A stretch of DNA of 64,000 nucleotides from Trichosphaerium sp. ATCC 40318 (Eukaryota > Protista > Tubulinea): contig JALMLS010000585.1 in NCBI GenBank assembly GCA_038496445.1, positions 186,001 to 250,000 on the forward strand, written 5' to 3'. A program made the position numbers and the translations under genes. The notes beneath the pieces are model-generated. The model searched no databases, was not told the DNA's origin, and saw nothing but the letters and a program-made list of their open reading frames with translations. Shown here in pieces: positions 1 to 11,621 of the stretch. How positions within the stretch are numbered: the stretch's first letter is position 1; each line of letters begins with the position of its first letter.

Positions 1-203
1 TCCATCCAGAAGCTACAAAGGGTGCATTGAAATGCTTACCGCCTTGCGGATTATTAAAGGTGAACAGTAAGACTCGTGGTCTTTGTATATGTGCGTCCTT
101 TCATATTTAGCTTTTTTGGTCTAATGTAGTTTTTTAAGATGGCAGTGCATGGTTTTATACTTTTGTAGGCCTTGGAGTTACCGCCTATGTGATAGGTACA
201 TCT
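1..203 (+). CDS. 3' end of an unidentified spliced gene entering from the left
   Basis: Open frame PSRSYKGCIEMLTALRIIKGE followed by a GTAAG donor at ~68 and a TGTAG acceptor at ~168. No recognisable motif. Confidence 0.3.
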
Positions 204-637
204 AAAATCGATAATTTTAATAGCCAACATTGATGAAAGAAAACATTAAAAGGGAAACCAATCCCTAAAAAGAGCTTTTCTTAGTTCGTTGTGGTTTAAC
301 GCTTACTCTTAACTAGTTGTTATAATTGTAGTTGTAGTGATTACACGTCGTGCAAAACGTTGGAGGGAGTACAAAACACTTCAGTAACTAAGATATCATC
401 AATACACGTGTGCTAAATTTGAAGTGTTAAAATACACTAAATACAACCTTGTAACAACTCAATACACTTGCGTAAGTACTTGCTGTGACGTATTCAAGCG
501 CTCGCTAGTACACATACTAGGTGACTACGAAGTAATTTTTCTAAGTCACTTTGCTTATTCGCAACAAAACACGTGTTCAAGTAAACCCCTCAACTTAAAA
601 GTTCGACAAGGTTAATTTTCATACATACAGTACAGTC

Positions 638-2173
638 ATGGCTGATAGTAAAAAATATGAAAAGTCAGAAGGAGACGAAGAAACAGTCCAAATGATACAA
701 GTTCGTCAAGTTTTATTTTAAAATTAACAACTAAAGTGTTATTAGAGGCCTATACGAGGTGAAACAGAAGAAGGGACATCAGTCGTGGCTTGGGTATTAG
801 GTGGGGTTTGTTTACCTCTCACTTTGCTTTGTAGTTGGTTTACAGTACAAGTACGTTAGCTGTGATCACGTGACATCTTTTTTTTAAATAGTTTAACGAC
901 ATTTTTCCGTTTTCTTTTCGTATTCAGTTCTTGCTTATCTGTGACGATTAGGAACGCGAAGAAGTAGTTGTATTGAGTTATGGTAAATTCGTTGGAATTG
1001 AAACCGAACCTGGATGTCACTGTAGGCACGTACTACACTAATATACATTCCAAATATGGGTTTATAATCTTACCTATATTTGCGTAATTGTTCGTTCTTC
1101 TTACATTTCTCCACTTAGAAATTGCTGGGGTAGAGAGCTTCGTAGAATATCTACAGCAACATTAACGTCAGAAATACCACCAACAAAAGTAATTGACCGC
1201 AACGGTAACCCAGGTACGCCAAAATTGGATATCTCCTCTTACCAGCATACTAACATCTCAACCTAGTTGTTGTTTCGGGTATTGTAACGTACTACTTCGA
1301 AGATCCAAAGAAAGCAGCCATTGACATTGGAAACTACATGCAGGTAAAGAAACCAACATTCTCAAAGCCTTTGTTAGTGTTGGCTTTAGCATGTGTTTAA
1401 CCTCAGTCGCTCAACCTTTTAGTTTGTGAACGATCAAGCTCAAGTAACTATGAAGCAACTGGTTTCTCGTTATCCATACGAAGCTGATTTTGGAGAAGAT
1501 GAGTACGATTCTAATGCAAAATGAAAAAAAAATGAGGAAAAATAGTCTGCTAACTGACCTTTTTTCAGAGACAGCACAAAAGACCATGAACCATGTTTGA
1601 AAACAGAAGCTCGCGAAATACAAATGGAGTTTACAGAATTACTCCAAAATCGTGTTGATATCGCAGGAGCACGTGTATGTGACTTGTGACGAGAAAAATC
1701 TACAAAAATTTAAACTAAGCTGATCGCTTTCTTAGGTTTTGTCTTTTCAGTTTAATGAGCTCAGTTATGCTCCTGAGATTGCTGCTGGTATGTTAAAGAG
1801 ACAACAAGCAAAAGCACTTGTTGATGCAAGAAAAAGTACGCCCTGTGGATATGAATGAGCTTTACCATTAGATCAATCTTTTATTTCCTCTGAGGAACAA
1901 CTTGACTTACTTATTTACACTAGCCATTGTATCTGGTGCTGTGGATATTGCTTATTCGGCTATGGAACAACTCGAACAACGAGGTGTTACCCTGCAACCT
2001 GAGGAAAAAACCAGATTGGTAAGCTGAACTTGTCCTTTTTTCTTCGTTTTGCAATTTTGCTCTTTTTTCTTTGCTGCCCTTGCTGATGTATTACCTAGGT
2101 TACTAACCTTTTAACTGTAATATGTGCTGAATCAGATGTCCAACCAACCATTCCAATGAACTCAAGGACGTAA
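638..2173 (+). CDS. SPFH/band-7 (stomatin/prohibitin) domain protein, multi-exon
   Basis: Joined exons give EEVVVLSYGKFVGIETEPG, KVIDRNGNP, FNELSYAPEIAAGMLKRQQAKALVDARK, IVSGAVDIA and LVTNLLTVICAE, typical of SPFH proteins. ATG 638, TAA 2171-2173. Confidence 0.9.
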
Positions 2174-2472
2174 ACGTAACAGTACTGTTAGACTCTCAAA
2201 ACATTCAAATAAACACCTATTCCTTGTGAACCCACATTGCAGTGACTCACAATTTTTTTCCAATGCTTTGTGAATATGAAGTGATAGAATAAGTCACAAA
2301 GTCGTGGAATAGGACAACTAAAAAACGGCCAAAACAGTTGTATAATACCTTTTTTTTTAACAATATTTTAAAACAATACTCGGGATTCTAAGCATCACGT
2401 GATACATCTACTTAGTTATATCCCTCACGTGTTACGACCTCTTCTTATCGTCGTATAATTTAGTGAACTAAC

Positions 2473-3610
2473 TCACTGATAGTAAGCGTGTCCATACTTG
2501 GATCCCTGAATAATAACAAGTGAGTAAATAACTTCAACATCAGTTCAAAAAATATGAAACATAGTTTACCACCAAATAGACGAATGAAAAAAAATTGTAG
2601 TTGCTACAAACACCAGAAAAACGCTGTAGGAGGCATTAAGAGCGCAAAAACTCACGAATGTTTTTATTTCGTGAATGGCTTAAAAGTCCTCCAATTGTGG
2701 TAAAATTGCTAGCATAGTATAATGTACGAGTAGGAAATAATAACACTTTAAATTTAAACCGTTTTCAAGTTCTTTGAAGGCAAAGAACATAAACTTGGGT
2801 TCGATTTTGCTTGGAATTCAATTGTTTTAAACTATAACTTCCATAGGTGTTTTGTTGGAGTAAAAACAAGTGGTTTGGTAGCAAAGAAGAGGATATTTTC
2901 GGATATTTCTCTGAAACAAAGACAAAAAATACTAATGTTGATAAAAACAGCATTAGACGCACCTTAAACTTTTTAGTCTTGAACTTCTTTGCTTTAAACT
3001 TCTTTACTTTGAATTTCTTGGCTTTGTACTTGTTGCCTTTGAACTTTTTCGCTTTGAATTTCCTACCGTTACCTTGTCCATCATAGCCTTAGTTGAAGTG
3101 TGAGAAGGTCAATTTTAGGTAGAAAAAGCCAAAATAAAATTGTGGAGAAGATACAATCCCGTTGTTTTTGATCATTACCTTTGTAGTGGCCATACTTGGT
3201 CTTTGTTTTAGTTACGTAGCCATTAGGACCGACGCCGTAAGACGCTGAAGCAAATTAGTAAATAGTTATTCCGTTAACTGCGTTCGTACTGTGGCTTGAA
3301 GGTCTAGGAGCACCTACTGGACCCATTGGAGATGTCTGATACATGTATTGGCCGTAAGCAGCGTGTGGAACTATTTTGTGTTAAACAGAAACGTTACTAC
3401 AATGCGTGTACTATATGGCGGCGCGTTGTATTGTGGTGCATATCCGCCTGGAACACTTGAGTGTGTTGCAGTTACATGGTTAGTTGTTGATGCTTGTCCA
3501 GGGAAGGGCTCTGTTGTAGCACGTTGAATTTGCGGCTGAACCGTAGCTTGGAAATTCTGTCCTGGGTAAGCCGAACTATAATTACCGTTGGTATTATGCT
3601 GTTGCGCCAT
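2473..3610 (-). CDS. Hypothetical protein: Q/P/Y/G-rich N-terminus plus KKFK-type Lys/Phe pentapeptide repeats (3' end uncertain)
   Basis: ATG 3610 (MAQQHNTNG). The exon at 2963-3087 encodes YDGQGNGRKFKAKKFKGNKYKAKKFKVKKFKAKKFKTKKFK. Canonical GT-AG introns lie between the upstream exons. Confidence 0.6.
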
Positions 3611-3789
3611 TCTTTAGGTTTACAGTAAAAATAAACGTCGGCGTTCATAGTTTTCAACTTTAAGTCGCGTTCATGTGATAAACTGGTAATCAACCTTTGT
3701 GTAACGTATATATTATTTGTTGGCGTAGACAGAAGCAATTATTGCGATTTTAGGCGGATTGTTGCAATAAGTACATAAACGAAACGCAC

Positions 3790-6683
3790 ATGCGCTCAGT
3801 AGTCCTGAAACGTAAGAGATCGTCTTCCTTGCTCTCAACAAATGAAACTACAGACAACAAAAAGCAGAAAAAGGAAGAACAGCTATGGAAGGTACCAAGA
3901 GCTTAATTTACATAACACTTACGTATTTTTAACGTTAAACTGACAAGTTTACGTAGATGTGCGTTAGAATCATAGATACGCGCGGTTTTACGAACTCCTA
4001 TTACTCTTTCAAACGTCTAGGGTACGCTGAACACCTTTTGGCAACCGCAGTTTCGATTTAGAAATTAGATCGTTACAACTTTGTAACGTACTCTAATTGC
4101 TCTTCCCTACGCGCATTTTAGTCTTTCACAGCATTTTGACAGCTTGTCAAAACCAATAACGGATAATTCACAGATAACTTTTTTTAACGACATTTTCTAG
4201 CTATGTAGGTTTGTGGTGGCCAAAACTATTATATAAAATCATTCCTCACTTAGATACCTTACGGTACGCAGCAGCTAGCGGTTCGTTAATTATGGTGTTT
4301 GATCAGAAAAAAAAGATCTTGTTTTCGGAAAAAGCTGTTTTTTTGTTTTTTGACTATTTTCAGGTCGTTGCCGAATAGTAAACGTGTAGAACAGCTTAGA
4401 GCGATATTCTCAGAGACTGATTGTAAAAAATATTACAGGGAGACTTCAAAGCAGTTTGTGTCAAGTGTAAAGTACGCGTACATGTTTTTTCGGATCTTTT
4501 GTTAATGGTTATTTTGTCTCACGTGTTTTTTTAGCTCGTTCTTCTTTAGAGCAACCATAGGTGAGCGCATAATTATTTATGATCACATATCACGACCTGA
4601 GTTCGTGATTGGAGAGATAACAAGTAATGTGATGTGGACAGTAGAAAGAGACGTTGGTGTGTTTGTCAATCTGTTTTTTGACCTTTCAGCACTTTCTTGT
4701 TTTGTAAAGTTCTTTGACTCATACCTTAGGCGTTATATTGAAGGATAAAGCATCAAGCAATCTAATACTACCTGTGAGACGCGTAAAATGGACTAAAATA
4801 TCGAATAGTAGCAAGGAATGGGGAGGATTGATGGAAGAAGTAATTACTTTGAGTCTTTTTTTTTCAAAAAACCGTTCACTCTTTTGACATATTTTTCCAA
4901 AAGGCAAAAGCTTTAGATCCAACCAAGAAAGTCAGAGGTCTTTACTTAAATACTACTGGAAGATTTTCAAACTACTTAAAAACAACAAAATTGCACATGT
5001 TTAGAGCATTACTTTCAAAGGAAACAATAATCCGGGACTTTATAAGTCAAGTAAGTACGATTGGTTGTTTTCACAGCTTCTAATGTGTGTTTGTAGGATA
5101 TAGAGATACCAGAAAATATTATTGCACATGAGCATTGTAAGAATACTACGTTTAAGACCACTAAACCTCAGGATACTTTCGAAGTAAGTTAACAAAACAT
5201 GTTTTGGGTTTTTGATCAACCAAAAAAAAAATGGAAAAAAATAAGAAAACAAGTGCAGTGGTTTACAGCAATTGTTATTATAACTACCAATTCTATATGT
5301 AACTTTACTTATTTTATTAATTAGAGAATGACTGTTATGTCTCTTGACTGGGAAGGCGAAGATATACTAAAAATGGACTTCTCACAATACTCACCGAAAA
5401 CAAAATCATCAAAAAACAAGAATGCTAAGAGTTCTGTTTTGATTGACTTAGTCCATGCTAAAGAAGATGAAGACCCAGAAGAAGAAGAGAAAGACGTATC
5501 TCTAACAGAGATTGGCGATATTAGACCTATGTCGTATATGCAAGACATTGATGAAGGTCATGGCTTCAATCTTGTTGATCCATCGTACAATGACATTCCA
5601 TCTTTTATTGAAGAATCGCATAATCAAGCAAAAGATACTCAAGCACAGAGTGAAACTGTTAAAGATGAAGAAGATATCATCATGCCTTATACAACCAAGT
5701 TAATTACACCAGAAGGTACTCAAAGTAGAAAAGAAAATGACGTCATCAGCAAACAAAACAATTCTTCCAACATTCCTCGCCCTCCTCAACCAACAGAAAG
5801 ACGTACTATAACCCATCAACCTATTAGTCACTCCGAGAAATTAGTACTTGCGGAAGAGAAGAGTGAAGGAGGTCGTAATGTAAATAATATTGAAGCTTCT
5901 AGCAAAGGTGTTCCAACTCTGATTGGTAATGTCACTAGAGCACAAGGAAACGCAAACCGAGGGAAGAACGGAGGCCAAACTAGGATTAGAGCTCATGGAC
6001 GTGGAACCGTCAGTTCTAACAGCAGAGGTGGACGTGGCCGAGGTCGAGGTCAAGCTCGTGGGCGTGGACTTGTACATGGACATATTAATAGTTCCTACAG
6101 CATGGGTCAAGGTGCACATGGTGGTCCTACTCATAAAGTGTCAAAGCCAAAAGAGAAGGTAGATTCGCCACATGGTGAAGAAGACGCTAGAATATGGACA
6201 ACCGAACAGTATGGGTTAATGGACAGAGTTTTGGCGCTTCGTAAAATGTCATCTGCTAATGCCACATTGGCACAAGAAGCAGATACATTAGATACTCCAA
6301 CGGATATTGAGATGAAAGATTCTTCTGATTTGTTTGGTGAAAGAGAAAACAGTGATGACACCAATACCAATCATGATAGTGATTATGACTACAGTGATGG
6401 TTTGTCAAATCATTCTGAAGTTGTTGTTGAAAGGCGTAATGGTGACTCAGAGGTGATTGTAATGGTGAATAGAAGAAAGAAAAACAGGGAAAAGAATGAG
6501 AGGATTATTATTGATGACGAAGAAACAAAGGTGACTGATAATCATAGTAATGGTGTATATACAAAATCTCAACTGAAAGAGAAACTAAATGATCATCAGG
6601 TAAAGCTAGAATCAGCATATAAACAAGTTATGATACTTATGAGCGAACAAAAGAAGCTTAAGGAATTACTTGAAGAAATGTAA
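3790..6683 (+). CDS. Probable nuclear protein: basic NLS-like N-terminus, Mrr-N/PUA-like domain, long disordered acidic and RG-rich tail, C-terminal coiled coil
   Basis: Eight exons join in frame from ATG 3790 (MRSVVLKRKRS) to the 451-aa last exon (stop 6683). Motifs include GYVGLWW, GERIIIYD, FVIGEIT, PVRRVKW and RGGRGRGRG. Confidence 0.7.
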
Positions 6684-7321
6684 AAAAAAACCCCACTGTT
6701 TAATGACTTGTAAATGCAATTAGAAGGTCTTTCATTAAAATGATATGAGCCAAAATACACTCACATGAATGCCCTTTTATAAACACCTAGATTGGGTGCT
6801 ATGCAAAATAGTTGTATAGTTGTTTACCAAACAATCACTGATCAGTCTGTACATAGAAATTTCCAGTCGCCTTGAAAGTCGTTTGACAGCACTAAACCAA
6901 AGTTAAACGGCCTTACACGTGTAGGGGCAAACCCAGGTTCTTTGGAGAATCTGTGTTTGTAATGGTACTTACTGTTATCGCCGCGGTTTGCACCTGTATT
7001 TATTTTTGCATAAATCAAATAAACCAAACAAATAAACAAGCTTACACGCGCACGTCTCCATGAAATACGTAAAATTGGAAGCGCTAGCCAGACACACAAA
7101 TTCACACTAGTCACTTTGTAGCAATTACTCTATTTCCATCTAATTTACAAACGACATAACATTACATTATGCTAACACAGGAGAAGCAACCCTGTTTGCA
7201 GAGACTTACAGTAGCAACGAGGTTCTCCTTGGATAAATTTCTTTTTTCCTTTCTGAGCTTTAAGTGTACAAGCACAAGTGTACCTTTAAGTCTTGTTAAG
7301 GCTAATCTTTCCATAAAAACC

Positions 7322-10178
7322 ATGACACGAAGTGTTCTTTGCTTACTTTGGTTTATCATTATCGTAGCGCAATGCTATGAATCACGTGTTGATGTAGCAG
7401 AATCAAAAATCGTTTCATGGACTTTAAATAGTAATAACACCAACGGAAACCATACAGACGATGAATGCAAGTGCGTAACATCGAGATAGACTGAGCGTTA
7501 AACAAACAATTTCCAATCCGCTAATCTACGCGTTTAAACAGTCCCCACGATGAGGAAGATCAATGTTCATACGTAAAAGAAGAGGAAGAATGTCATTTGG
7601 AAGAAGGTGCATTAGACTTTTCTTAAGCGCTCAAAAACGAGATTTCTTGTACAAGGTGATTGTTAACAGGTTAATTAAGGGCTCATTAACTATATCGAGT
7701 TTTATTACTGCCAAGATGTACCAAGACAATTTACTATAGTGCTATACGTATCCATCAAAGCGCGTGCTGTTAGCGTTGCCACGTGACGTAAAATGACGGT
7801 TTAGGAAAACTGGTGCTTTTTGGAAGAGCGGGTTTTGGCACAAACCTTTTCACGAGCACGTGGTTTTTTGGGTCAACTTGTTTTACTTCTTTCTTGTTTT
7901 GTTTGTTTTTCTTGATTTAGTAGATCGCTTGGTTGTTCCTTCTCTTTTTTCTTATTGGAAAAGTTGCCGATGATTACTTTTGTCCTGCACTCGAGAGACT
8001 GGGAATAATATTGCATATGTCACCTGAAGTTGCTGGAGTGACAGTTCTAGCTTTGGGAAACGGAGGACCTAACGTTGCAGCAAGTGCGTTTAACAAGTAC
8101 TTTCCTTGCAATAACTGAAGCGTCTGTTAGGTTTTGCAGCTATAAACTCTGATAATGTAGAACTAGCCATTGGCGAGAACTTTGGTAGTGCTATATTCGT
8201 TATATTAATTGTACTCGGTGCTGTCAGTTTCATATCTAAAGTAATACGTTCTTTGTTTTACTTAACTTGATTTTTTACTGTATTTTTAAAGGCTGAACTT
8301 CAGCGATGGGCTTTCCTTCGTGATGTTCTATTTTTCTTGATTGGTACAGCTGTTGTTGTAGGTATAATGTGGGATAAGAGAATATACTTGTGGGAAAGTT
8401 TGGGGTTCCTTGTATACTACTTTATGTATCCTCTTTTTTTTCTCATATTTAACGTTCTTCACTATTGTTATTCTTCTTTTATTCTCAAGATATGTCGGTG
8501 TTACAGTGATACATCATTATTATATGATGTGGAAAAATAGAGCAAAACCAAAGGGAAGCCGTAAGTAACCGATACAGTACAACAGAGTGTTACATTCTTA
8601 AACAACCACAGGTATTCAAAACAATACGTTGGATGAGAATGATGAAAAATACAGCCTTGAAGAACAAAGTGATAACGAAACAAAACCTCTTGTTAATATG
8701 AGTAAAGAAGATGATGAAAGTAAACCATTTACATTTGAGAAGTACACACATGAAAAAACACGTGATAACTAATATGTGAAATAGTTGGTTTTCAGATTTT
8801 AAAAAGAGATCATTAATAAGCAAGGTAAGAGTTCTAATGAATCTGGTTGTTATTTTCTAACTTGATATTATAAGATATATTATGTAGTATCTTATCCGTT
8901 CTTAATTCCTTTTATCATCACAATACCAGAGTCTCAAAGATGGAACAAGTACGAATCTCCTTCTTTCATTAAACAGCAACATTTTCTCTAACGTCTTTTT
9001 TCTGTTAGTTACTACCTGCACCTTTATTAATTTCCTTTCCTTTAGACTCTCTATTTTGGTTTCTTTTGCTACTTCTCCAATTGTTATTATGGCAGCAGTT
9101 GTGCGTAAAGGATATTTATTTCAATACGAACCAAGCGCCTTCATGGTTTACTAGCTAAATGAACTTAGGCGCCTGACTTTACTGCTACAGTTGGTGGGTT
9201 TCCTATTGTTTGTATTTTGGTTATAATAGGAGCCACCGCTGGTTTGATTTTGTTTTTCGTAACCAAGTTTGACAAAAGACCTTCATGGGACGTGGTACGT
9301 CAAAAAAAAAATAATCTAACAATTGAAAGCAAATATACTTTCTGATTTTTTTCTCATGTTTGGACCTTGTTTTTAACCTAGAGCACAAGGTGTTTATAAT
9401 TTGGACGTTTATTATGAGTGTGTTTTGGCTTTATCTCATTGCTAATGAACTTGTAAACATACTGGAGGTATGAAAAGGAAATCCAGCTTCCAAGTGCTAA
9501 ATAGTTTAAACTAATCTTTAGTTTCTTGGTATGTTGTGGAGTATATCACCTATAATCCTTGGTGTAACTGTTCTCGCACTTGGCGACAGTATCGGAGGTA
9601 CACAATGTTAGAGCTAGCTTTTTGTTTTCAGTTTTGTTCCAGCAATGTTATGTCGTTTTATGTTAATTCATATCATCAAATCGGGTGGATTCGTTGTCCT
9701 CATCCTGTAGTTGTTTCATGTCACTTAATTTAATGAATTAGATATGGTTGCTAATGTCATAATGGCTAAGAAAGGATTTCCAAGAATGGCTGTTGCTGCA
9801 GTTTATGCCGGTCCAACGTTCAGTATCCACAAATTGTTCATTCCATTTTTTTTTTACATTTACTGTTTATAATGTTAATGTTCTTTTCCTTTACTCTCTT
9901 TCTTTGATATGCTATTCGGTTTAGCACTTGCTCTTACGTATAAAACAGCAACAACGTACCCTGAACCTCTTGATGCAAGTGTAGAGTCAGAAACTCATTT
10001 TATAATCATATCATCATTCCTTCTTGGTTGTCTTGCTCTTAGCTTGATTGTTATCAGCCTTTCGAAGTTTAGAGTCTATAAAATATATGGCGGCATACTA
10101 CTTGGTTTATACGCATGTTTTGCAGTGACAGTGATTGTAGCAGAAATAGTTTTTGCAAAGACTGATGATGAAGATTAA
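7322..10178 (+). CDS. Cation/Ca2+ exchanger, CCX/NCLX (SLC8B1-like) family
   Basis: Signal peptide, then INYIEFYYC. Alpha-1 repeat ADDYFCPAL...VAGVTVLALGNGGPN and FLRDVLF. Alpha-2 repeat LGVTVLALGDSIGDMVAN...GFPRMAVAAVYAGPTFNMLFG. Confidence 0.92.
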
Positions 10179-10405
10179 TCATGTTTTATGAATATCTCCA
10201 AATAAAAAATAACACGTGTTGCATAAAAGTAACAGCGATTAGCGTATGTGTTTGCAGTTATACCCAAGCTCTAATTTCATCAAAAGTAGTACTAACGCTT
10301 AGATTGGTAGCTATATTTAACTGATTTGCTGTTGACACAACATTGGTTTGTCGCACAAAGTAAAACCATCAAAGAATCATTGTTCATCGTTATCCACAAC
10401 AAATA

Positions 10406-11400
10406 ATGAATTTCTGTGGTTTTTCTGTACAGGCTCTATTGTATTATCGTGAGCACCACACAGACGTTTTTAGTAAAATTATTGCAAAACAACACCAAAC
10501 GCTCATAAAACAAGTCGAAAGTGTCATTGATGCCGTAAATACAAACCTTGTAAAACAACTCAACGAAGCGCTTTTAAAACACTCGAATTCAAGTGTTACA
10601 ACAGAGAATAAGCGGTTGAGAGACTCGAACGACTTCGACTCTCATAAACAAAAAGAGAGGTATGTTCTAAAAAATAACCAACTGTTCACTTCCAACGTCT
10701 TTTACTTATTCGTTGAAAAAGTAAGACATTAGTGCACATGAAGAACTGAATAACATTATTTGCTTTCCTCCAGAAGTCATCTCGAATATTCTACACCTTA
10801 CAGATGCCAAAGACAGATTCTCTGTTGCTCATCATATGGCTGATATTATTCATGATATAAACATGTTAATCTGAAACGATATCAAGATATTCTAAAGATT
10901 CAACAATACAAAGGTGTTATGAAAAACAATATTGTCCAGATAGGCTCCATGAGCAATAATTCAGTATTTTCATTGGTGGCTAGTTGTAGTAAAATCAAAA
11001 GAGCACATTGGAACAGAAAGGTCCGCAACAATGATCTGAAATTGCTGAATAGTAGGAAGAAAGTTAGTTTTATTGATATTAGTATTGTCCATTAATATCA
11101 GATGAAGGCATTAAAGAACTCAAAGGAGTTAGTAATATTAATCTCAAATTGTCGTAGAGTAGGAGATGAAGGTATCAAAGCACTTGTTGGAGTACATACC
11201 ATTAATCTCAGGTATTGTACTATGACAGATGAAGGTATCAAAGCACTTGCTGGAGTGCATACCATTCACCTTTGGAGTTGTCGAGAAATTACTGATGAAG
11301 GCATCAAGACACTCATTGGTGTGACATAGAATTTATAGTAACAATTGCCCAAATATAACACATGCTTGTATCAAAAAAATGTCTGTGAAATGTAGATAGA
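10406..11400 (+). pseudogene. Disrupted F-box/LRR gene
   Basis: F-box-like ICFPPEVISNILHL at ~10755. LRR units VGDEGIKALVGVHTINLRYC and MTDEGIKALAGVHTIHLWSC at 11150-11329. Frameshifts and stops in between that I could not explain with splice sites. Confidence 0.65.
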
Positions 11401-11621
11401 CACTAAATTGTGACAATATAAAATAGTACAGCAACCTTTAGTGCAATAAATTCAGTTTTTTAGGTAAGAAAAAGCTCCTGTTTAAAGGGATGTTTGTTGC
11501 TTGCCATCTTGCAGAGAATGTTAATGTGATTGACAAGATTGGCCAGCTAGATTCTTCAAACAACTGGAATTCAGAATACATACAAATGACGAGTATTATT
11601 GAAAGTTATTTTTGGCTTTAT

